64,000 bases of DNA from an uncultured Candidatus Saccharibacteria bacterium (lineage in GTDB: Bacteria > Patescibacteriota > CPR2 > UBA1875 > CAIMLA01): positions 159,265-223,264 of the forward strand of contig CAZQLQ010000001.1 in the NCBI GenBank assembly GCA_964594415.1, in the 5' to 3' direction. The stretch's first letter is position 1. The number at the start of each line of letters is the position of its first letter. Of this stretch, positions 58,600-64,000 are shown piece by piece. The notes below the pieces were generated by a model that was not told the origin of the DNA, did no database searches, and saw only the letters and a program-made list of their open reading frames with translations. The position numbers and the translations under genes were made by a program.

Positions 58600-59808
58600 C
58601 TAGGTACACTTAGTGTTGTAATATTTTATAAAAGCAGAGATTCCATAAGGATCTTTGCTATAAACTTCGCCGTTAAATAAGTAAGCGCAGGCTTGGCATT
58701 CGGCTAATCCTTGTTTCCGAAAGTTAATAAAAGTCTCATTTTCTCGCCAATTCTTTACAAAGTTTTTATCAAATAAAGGCAGGTCTTCCTTTTTGTAATA
58801 ATCGGCTTCGTATAACAAGGCGCACGGCAACATATAGCCGTCTACGTCGATAGTTAGACCGCTAACTCCGGCGCGACAAACATCTCTCTTTACCCCCCTT
58901 AGGAATCCCTCGATTGCTGCGTTGGTAACGCCTGTCTTGACACCTTTTTGCTGTAGAGCGTATATCTCCATAATAAAATCAAAATATTTTTCTGGCTCAA
59001 TTACTAGGTCTTGATGCGAGCCTTTGAACGGCTTGAATAAATTGAAGTTGCAAGGACAGTCATGCTCCTGTGCAAATTCAATTAATTTTTTGTAATTTGG
59101 ATAGTTAAAATTGTTTAGAGTGCAGGAAATCTCGACATAAAAACCTTCTTTGCGGAGCTTGCTGATCGATTTCTCTACCTTTTCGAAGACTCCTTTTCCT
59201 CTAATCTCGTCGTTTATTTCTTTTATTCCTTCAAGGCTGACCAGGAAGGCTGGTTTGTTCTCCAATTTTTTTAATTTTTCGATAGTATCGTCATCTATTA
59301 ATGTGGCGTTTGTAATAATATTTACAGCGAATCCGTAATAATCGCAGGCTCTTTCTATGATTTTCATTGCGTCTTCGTGGAGAAAGATTTCTCCGCCGAC
59401 AAGATTGAGCATAAAAACTTTCTCTTTTGCCAGTAATGAAAGCCTATGGTCTATTTTCTCATAGCTAAGCAGTTTTGTGTAATCACCCTGAAAGCAGTGT
59501 TTGCATCTTAGATTGCAAGTGTTGCTGACCTGTATTTCTCCAGAAAGGGGAGTGTCAAAATAGTCTTTGTCTGGTACGGGATAGCTTAGCTGATCTTCTT
59601 TTAGGCTTTGCTTTATGTCTTCCAAGAAAGATTGTAGCTTCTCGGCATCTATCTTCAGCTCTTTTGATATTTCTTCAGCCGATTCCTCCATGTTGAAAAA
59701 CAGGTCTAGAATCCTAGACCCATCTTCGTTCACAAATACCAATTTCCTTATTTCCGGGAAAAAGGCTACCGTGTAGTCAGCATCTTTTCTTAATACTACT
59801 GTTTTCAC
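58600..59808 (-). CDS. Radical SAM / SPASM-domain peptide-modifying enzyme (GTG start)
   Basis: CNLRCKHCF (CxxxCxxC) radical-SAM cluster. C-terminal Cys-rich SPASM-like region (CPCNFN..., CRAGVSGLTIDVDGYMLPCALLYEAD). Confidence 0.85.
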   Translation of the reverse strand: MKTVVLRKDADYTVAFFPEIRKLVFVNEDGSRILDLFFNMEESAEEISKELKIDAEKLQSFLEDIKQSLKEDQLSYPVPDKDYFDTPLSGEIQVSNTCNLRCKHCFQGDYTKLLSYEKIDHRLSLLAKEKVFMLNLVGGEIFLHEDAMKIIERACDYYGFAVNIITNATLIDDDTIEKLKKLENKPAFLVSLEGIKEINDEIRGKGVFEKVEKSISKLRKEGFYVEISCTLNNFNYPNYKKLIEFAQEHDCPCNFNLFKPFKGSHQDLVIEPEKYFDFIMEIYALQQKGVKTGVTNAAIEGFLRGVKRDVCRAGVSGLTIDVDGYMLPCALLYEADYYKKEDLPLFDKNFVKNWRENETFINFRKQGLAECQACAYLFNGEVYSKDPYGISAFIKYYNTKCT

Positions 59809-59814
59809 GATAAT

Positions 59815-59958
59815 TTAGATTTTCTTTAATCTTTTTTCCGTTTTTGTGACTTTGTTTTTGGCCTCAAACTCTTGAACGCAAGGCTTGCCGCCGCAGCTTC
59901 GGAAGCAACATCCAGTCTCGCTATTTTCAGTGCTCTTTTTGATAACCTTAGGTTCCAT
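59815..59958 (-). CDS. Candidate RiPP precursor peptide, 47 aa, four Cys (not in ORF track)
   Basis: Hand translation of minus strand: MEPKVIKKSTENSETGCCFRSCGGKPCVQEFEAKNKVTKTEKRLKKI. GGGGGA RBS 7 nt upstream. Stop lies 6 nt before the rSAM/SPASM gene start. Confidence 0.5.
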   Translation of the reverse strand: MEPKVIKKSTENSETGCCFRSCGGKPCVQEFEAKNKVTKTEKRLKKI

Positions 59959-60243
59959 CTTTTTGTCCCCCAATTAATTATTGGCCGTATTGTATCTTTG
60001 AAATCTTTTGTTGTCAATAGTAATTTTCAGGTGAATACTTTCGCTACCCTTTATCATTTAGTCAAAGCGAAAATTCTTGAGGTCTATTACTTTTGGGTAA
60101 GCAGAGCGAGTATGAGAGGACTCTCGTTTTTTTGTTGAGGAAGGGTGTTTTTTGTGCTATAATCACGCCGGAATGTAAGGAGGATTCTACTATCTTGTAG
60201 ATTCCTTTTCGTTTAGGAACTGAAAAATAAAGGGGGTTACTAC

Positions 60244-60489
60244 GTGCTGGTAATCAGAAAAGTACTTGTCAAGATGTTCGGTTGGAAGCCGGTAGTAAAA
60301 AAGACGCATATCTTTGAGTGCTACGAAGCCGGTTCCCATAACGGGTTTTCATTGTGCGGAATATATGTTTCCGATAAGGATTCCTTAAGTGAAAAAGACG
60401 CAAAAGAATTAACGGGTAAAGAAGCGTCTACTTGCAAGAAGTGCGAAAAGATTTTGGAAAAAAGGCTCAAGGATGAGAAAAAGCAATAA
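60244..60489 (+). CDS. Small basic Cys4 protein, tandem paralog 1 (GTG start)
   Basis: KTHIFECY...SLCG...TCKKCEKILEKRLK. AAAGGGGG RBS. Confidence 0.5.
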   Translation: MLVIRKVLVKMFGWKPVVKKTHIFECYEAGSHNGFSLCGIYVSDKDSLSEKDAKELTGKEASTCKKCEKILEKRLKDEKKQ

Positions 60490-60503
60490 AGGAGGGATAT
60501 CTG

Positions 60504-60728
60504 ATGTACGTTGAATGGAAAACATTTGCAAGAATTTCTGGCAGTGATCTGGTTGTGAGAAAAACACATGCATTTGGGCCGCGTGGAAGATTGTGTTCGT
60601 GTTGCGGTCTTGTGGCGAGATCGAATGAAATGATACATGAACAAGTAGCCAGGGATGTGCTAAAGAAGCCGCCCAAAAGATGCAAAAAATGCGAAGCTGC
60701 CGTGAAGAAATTGCGCAAGCAAAGATAA
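60504..60728 (+). CDS. Small basic Cys4 protein, tandem paralog 2
   Basis: KTHAFGPRGRLCSCCG...RCKKCEAAVKKLRK. Identical AAAGGAGGGATATCTGATG leader to paralog 3. Confidence 0.5.
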   Translation: MYVEWKTFARISGSDLVVRKTHAFGPRGRLCSCCGLVARSNEMIHEQVARDVLKKPPKRCKKCEAAVKKLRKQR

Positions 60729-60744
60729 GCCAAAAAGCAGAAAA

Positions 60745-61029
60745 TTGACGGCAAAGGAGGGATATCTGATGAATTACGAAGCAAGAGTTCTTGTGAGGAT
60801 TTCCAGTTGGGAACTAATAGTTGGCAGGTCGCATTTAGTAACCGGGCAATATAACAATTATTCTCTTTGTGGACAACACTTGGGTTCAGGTAAATCGCTG
60901 AGCGAAAACGAAGCAAAGAGAGTGCTCAAAAAGCCGGTTGTCAGATGTAAGACATGCGAGAAAATCCTCGCAAAGAAAAAAGCCGAAGAAAAAGAACAGG
61001 CAAAGAAAAACAGAGCCAAAAGAGGCTGA
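60745..61029 (+). CDS. Small basic Cys4 protein, tandem paralog 3
   Basis: RSHLVTGQYNNYSLCG...RCKTCEKILAKKK. Confidence 0.5.
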   Translation: MTAKEGYLMNYEARVLVRISSWELIVGRSHLVTGQYNNYSLCGQHLGSGKSLSENEAKRVLKKPVVRCKTCEKILAKKKAEEKEQAKKNRAKRG

Positions 61030-61138
61030 TCTTAAAGAGCTAATATCAAAAGGTATTTCAACATTCACTATCTAATCACCAAAGCCCACCCGAGGTAGCA
61101 ATATTGCTTCCAAGGGTGGGTTTTTACTTTGGTACTTT

Positions 61139-61412
61139 TGTCACTCTGAGCGAAGTCGAAGAGTCTAGAGATCCTTCACTACGTTCAGGATGACATTGTA
61201 TTTATTGTTCGAGCAGCGAGAGAACCATTTTATTGAAAACTTCTCACTCCGTTCGAAGAATAAAATCCACGTCATCCCGAGCTTGTCGAGGGATCTCGGT
61301 CTTATAGATCCTTCGAATCGCTCCGCTCCCTCAGGATGACAAATAGTATATCGTTCGGGGCGAAGCAGAGAGATAGGTAGATCCCCGCGTCCGCGAGGAT
61401 GACATAAAATCT
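61139..61412. repeat. Repeat cluster R7
   Basis: GTCACTCTGAGCGAAGTCGAAGAGTC, CATTCAGGATGACATTGTATTTATTGTTCGAGCAGCGAGAGAAC, CTTCTCACTCCGTTCGAAGAATAAAAT, GTCATCCCGAGCTTGTCGAGGGATC, CCTCAGGATGACA, GATCCCCGCGTCCGCGAGGATGACA. Confidence 0.8.
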
Positions 61413-61446
61413 CGTAATTTTCTCATTTTTGTGCTAAAATTACGCA

Positions 61447-61965
61447 ATGAAAATGCCACAAAAACTTTTTACCGAACATTTGCTATTAAGGCCAGTCTCT
61501 CCAAAGTATTCGAGAGAAGTATTCACGAATTTTACCGACGAAGTAACGGCTATGATGTATCCTTCTACTCCTAAGGAAGAGCAAGAGACAATTGATTATC
61601 TTGTTGAAGCAGAAGAAAAGATGAGAGAAGGTATAAATTATCAAGTGTTAATTTTTCTTAAAGACACGGATGAATTTATAGGAGGAGCAGGAGTTCATCA
61701 TATTGACACTAAAACTCCTGAGTTTGGAATTTGGATAAAAAAATCTGCTCAAGGGCATAAATATGGTAGAGAAGCAGTTGTGGGACTAAAAGACTGGGCA
61801 GATAAGAATCTAGAGTATGATTATTTAAGATACCCGGTAGTAACTAGCAATACACCTAGTAGAAAAATTCCGGAGTTTCTCGGTGGAAAAGAAGTAAATG
61901 AATTTGATACAGAAAAGCAGGACGGAACTATAATGAAAATGGTAGAATATTATATTTTTAAATAG
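61447..61965 (+). CDS. GNAT family N-acetyltransferase (RimJ/RimL-like)
   Basis: TEHLLLRP start typical of RimL-type GNATs. Central acetyl-CoA-binding-like block. Preceded by TGTGCTAAAAT -10. Confidence 0.7.
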   Translation: MKMPQKLFTEHLLLRPVSPKYSREVFTNFTDEVTAMMYPSTPKEEQETIDYLVEAEEKMREGINYQVLIFLKDTDEFIGGAGVHHIDTKTPEFGIWIKKSAQGHKYGREAVVGLKDWADKNLEYDYLRYPVVTSNTPSRKIPEFLGGKEVNEFDTEKQDGTIMKMVEYYIFK

Positions 61966-61969
61966 CATC

Positions 61970-62225
61970 TATTGTTCGAATAAAATGAGAACTATTTTTA
62001 CTACAGACTTCTCTCTACGTTCGAAGAATAAAAATTGTCATTCTGAGCTTGTCGAAGAATCTAATCTGTTTTCTGCCACTTTTCCTTGATGAAAAGTGAC
62101 TCAAAAATCAAGAAAAACTGAACTCCTTTTTAAAAGATTATCCTTTTTTCGATATTCTGTAAGGTTTTCCTACAAGGAATAACTTTTTAAAATAGTCGGG
62201 CTACCGAGCCGAACAGTTTTTCGGG
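61970..62225. repeat. Repeat cluster R8
   Basis: CTTCTCTCTACGTTCGAAGAATAAAAAT, GTCATTCTGAGCTTGTCGAAGAATC, then a block colinear with R3 (CAAAAATCAAGAAAAACTGAACTC...GTCGGGCTACCGAGCCGAACAGTTTTTCGG). Confidence 0.8.
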
Positions 62226-62295
62226 GGATAGAACTACCTCGCAAAAGTTGCATTTTTGTGCTAAAATAGGTGCACTTTAACTATTGGAGGACTTT

Positions 62296-62901
62296 ATGGA
62301 AAACATACAAAGTCAAATACTTATACCAACTGTAATTCAGAAAACTTACGCCGGCGAGCGGGCGTTTGACATATATTCGAGACTTCTTGAGGATAGAATA
62401 ATCTTCCTCGGGACGCCGATCGACGATAACGTCGCAAACCTTATCATCGCTCAGCTTTTGTACTTAGAGAGCGTAGATACCAAGAAAGATATATCGCTGT
62501 ATATCAACAGTCCCGGCGGGAGCGTAAGCTCGGCTCTCGCAATCTACGATACTATCCAACTCGTTAAACCGCATGTTTCGACTATTTGCGTAGGGCTTGC
62601 AGCTAGTGCCGCCGCCTTAATTCTTACCGCTGGTGAAAAGGGCAAGAGATTAACTCTCCCAAATTCCCGCATAATGATCCATCAGCCGATCGTTTCCGGT
62701 ATGGAGGGGCAGGTAACTGACATTGAGATTCATGCGAGAGAACTTCTGAGAACGAAAAAACAATTAAATGAGATTTTATCGAAGCATACGGGTCAGAAAA
62801 TCGAAAAGATTAACGTCGACGTTGAGCGTGATTACTTTATGACTGCAGAAGAGGCGAAGAAATATGGTCTCATCGACAGTATAATAGAAAAGAATAAATA
62901 A
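62296..62901 (+). CDS. clpP: ATP-dependent Clp protease proteolytic subunit
   Basis: [18 protein letters not shown]...[11 protein letters not shown]...MIHQP: ClpP Ser-His-Asp context. Preceded by TGTGCTAAAAT promoter and GGAGGA RBS. Confidence 0.9.
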   Translation: MENIQSQILIPTVIQKTYAGERAFDIYSRLLEDRIIFLGTPIDDNVANLIIAQLLYLESVDTKKDISLYINSPGGSVSSALAIYDTIQLVKPHVSTICVGLAASAAALILTAGEKGKRLTLPNSRIMIHQPIVSGMEGQVTDIEIHARELLRTKKQLNEILSKHTGQKIEKINVDVERDYFMTAEEAKKYGLIDSIIEKNK

Positions 62902-63106
62902 CATCTGATTATTCTTGACAAAACCGCTGAAATAATGTAAATTTTGTATTACACGGCTTTAGAGCAAGCCGCAATCTTATGTTGTGGTTTAGAATTTTGG
63001 CTTGTTTTAAACAAAACTGCGGGGCAGTAAATCGCTTACAATGTGAATAGTAAACAACTCCTGTGAAATTTTATTGATTAATTAAATATAAGGAGCAAGT
63101 ATTTTT

Positions 63107-64000
63107 ATGGCAAAAGAACCGCTTGCGTTTGCGTCCACTTCAACAACTGGTCGCAAATATGTGAACCCAGAACCTTATGTACTTCAGTTACCAAATCTAA
63201 AAGAAGTACAAACGGACAGCTTTAAATGGTTTATCCGAGAAGGATTGGCCGAACTGTTTGAAGAAATCTCCCCGATAGAGGATTATACCGGCAAAGTAAT
63301 GGGACTAACCTTCAAGGATTATTATCTTGGCGAACCTAAGTATTCCGAAAAAGTTGCAAAGGAAAGAAAAGTAACCTATGAAGCACCTCTAAAGGTAAAT
63401 ATTGAACTAAAGAATAAAGATACCGGCAAGACCCGAACTCAAGAAGTTTTCTTGGGTGATATTCCTGTCATGACCGATAACGGCAGCTTTATTATAAATG
63501 GAGTAGAAAGAGTTGTCGTGAGCCAATTAGTCCGTTCATCGGGTGTTTTCTTCACTTCAGAAGACAACAACGGCACCTCGCTTTTTGGGGCAAAGGTAAT
63601 TCCTGGTCGTGGTGCTTGGCTTGAGATAGAAACATCTCCACAGGATGGTCTTTATGCAAAAATTGACCGGAAACGTAAATTTCCTGTGACTACGCTTTTG
63701 CGTGCTTTTGGTTATGATACAAACGAAAGTATCATTAATCTTTTTCGTGACGTAAACACTAACAAGGAAAGAGATTACATCAAAAACACTTTGGAAAGAG
63801 ATTCTGCCACAACTGCGGGAGAGGCTTTTATAGAAGTATATAAGAGAATGAGGCCCGGCGATCTTGCTACCGTAGAAAACGCAAAAAATTTTGTCGAAGG
63901 AACTTTTTTTGACGTTAAAAAGTATGATTTGTCCAGAGTGGGCCGTTACAAAGTTAATAAAAGGCTTGAGCTTGATGTCGAGAATATCAGAGAAAATCGG
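63107..64000 (+). CDS. rpoB: DNA-directed RNA polymerase beta subunit, N-terminal part (runs off window)
   Basis: VMTDNGSFIINGVERVVVSQLVRSSGVFF conserved beta-subunit segment. Confidence 0.9.
   Translation, partial: MAKEPLAFASTSTTGRKYVNPEPYVLQLPNLKEVQTDSFKWFIREGLAELFEEISPIEDYTGKVMGLTFKDYYLGEPKYSEKVAKERKVTYEAPLKVNIELKNKDTGKTRTQEVFLGDIPVMTDNGSFIINGVERVVVSQLVRSSGVFFTSEDNNGTSLFGAKVIPGRGAWLEIETSPQDGLYAKIDRKRKFPVTTLLRAFGYDTNESIINLFRDVNTNKERDYIKNTLERDSATTAGEAFIEVYKRMRPGDLATVENAKNFVEGTFFDVKKYDLSRVGRYKVNKRLELDVENIRENR

Noticed and set aside
59826-60017. ORF-track entry 59826-60017(-), 63 aa
   Set aside because: It overlaps the hand-identified 47-aa Cys-rich peptide in a different frame and lacks an RBS. 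The in-frame peptide with GGGGGA RBS and tight coupling to the rSAM gene is the more plausible coding frame.
47164-62225. Possibility that the repeat clusters are CRISPR arrays
   Set aside because: Units are heterogeneous palindromes of different lengths without a constant repeat or regular repeat-spacer periodicity. The same units occur in both orientations. No cas genes are present in the window.

Overview
This window reads as a low-GC, gene-dense bacterial chromosome segment, probably from a Patescibacteria/CPR-like or Firmicutes-like organism (the taxon is an inference). It has a housekeeping backbone and two accessory stretches.

The backbone, in order: rplS, rnhB, yraN, a 2571-aa NHL-repeat/Ig-like surface protein followed by an Fn3 protein and a MacB-type ABC pair, an F-type ATP synthase operon in the order b-delta-alpha-gamma-beta-epsilon with no a or c genes, nusA, clpC, a PIN/TRAM (YacL-like) protein, murB, mpg, a class A PBP on the minus strand, tyrS, recG, comEA, tRNA-Leu(UAG), sir2/cobB, an alpha/beta hydrolase, trxA, tig, and then clpP and the 5' end of rpoB.

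Accessory stretch 1 (about 33.4-43.4 kb) starts right after tRNA-Leu. It is an array of small genes, each in its own terminator-promoter-UTR cassette, belonging to three paralogous families arranged A-B, A-B, C-C, A-B. It ends with a secreted lysozyme-like protein.

Accessory stretch 2 (about 47.1-62.25 kb) sits between tig and clpP. Eight clusters of a mosaic palindromic repeat family (GTCATTC...GAATGAC units) cut it into cassettes. One cassette is a candidate defence island: a GIY-YIG protein, a MazG-like NTP pyrophosphohydrolase, a DUF2075-type PD-(D/E)xK nuclease-helicase, an HNH protein, a ClpP-fold serine peptidase, and a small P-loop ATPase. Another is a RiPP-like locus: a 47-aa Cys-rich precursor peptide absent from the ORF track, a radical-SAM/SPASM maturase, an ABC-F ATPase, and, divergently transcribed, three tandem small Cys4 basic proteins.

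Several six-frame ORFs lying inside the repeat clusters are artefacts.
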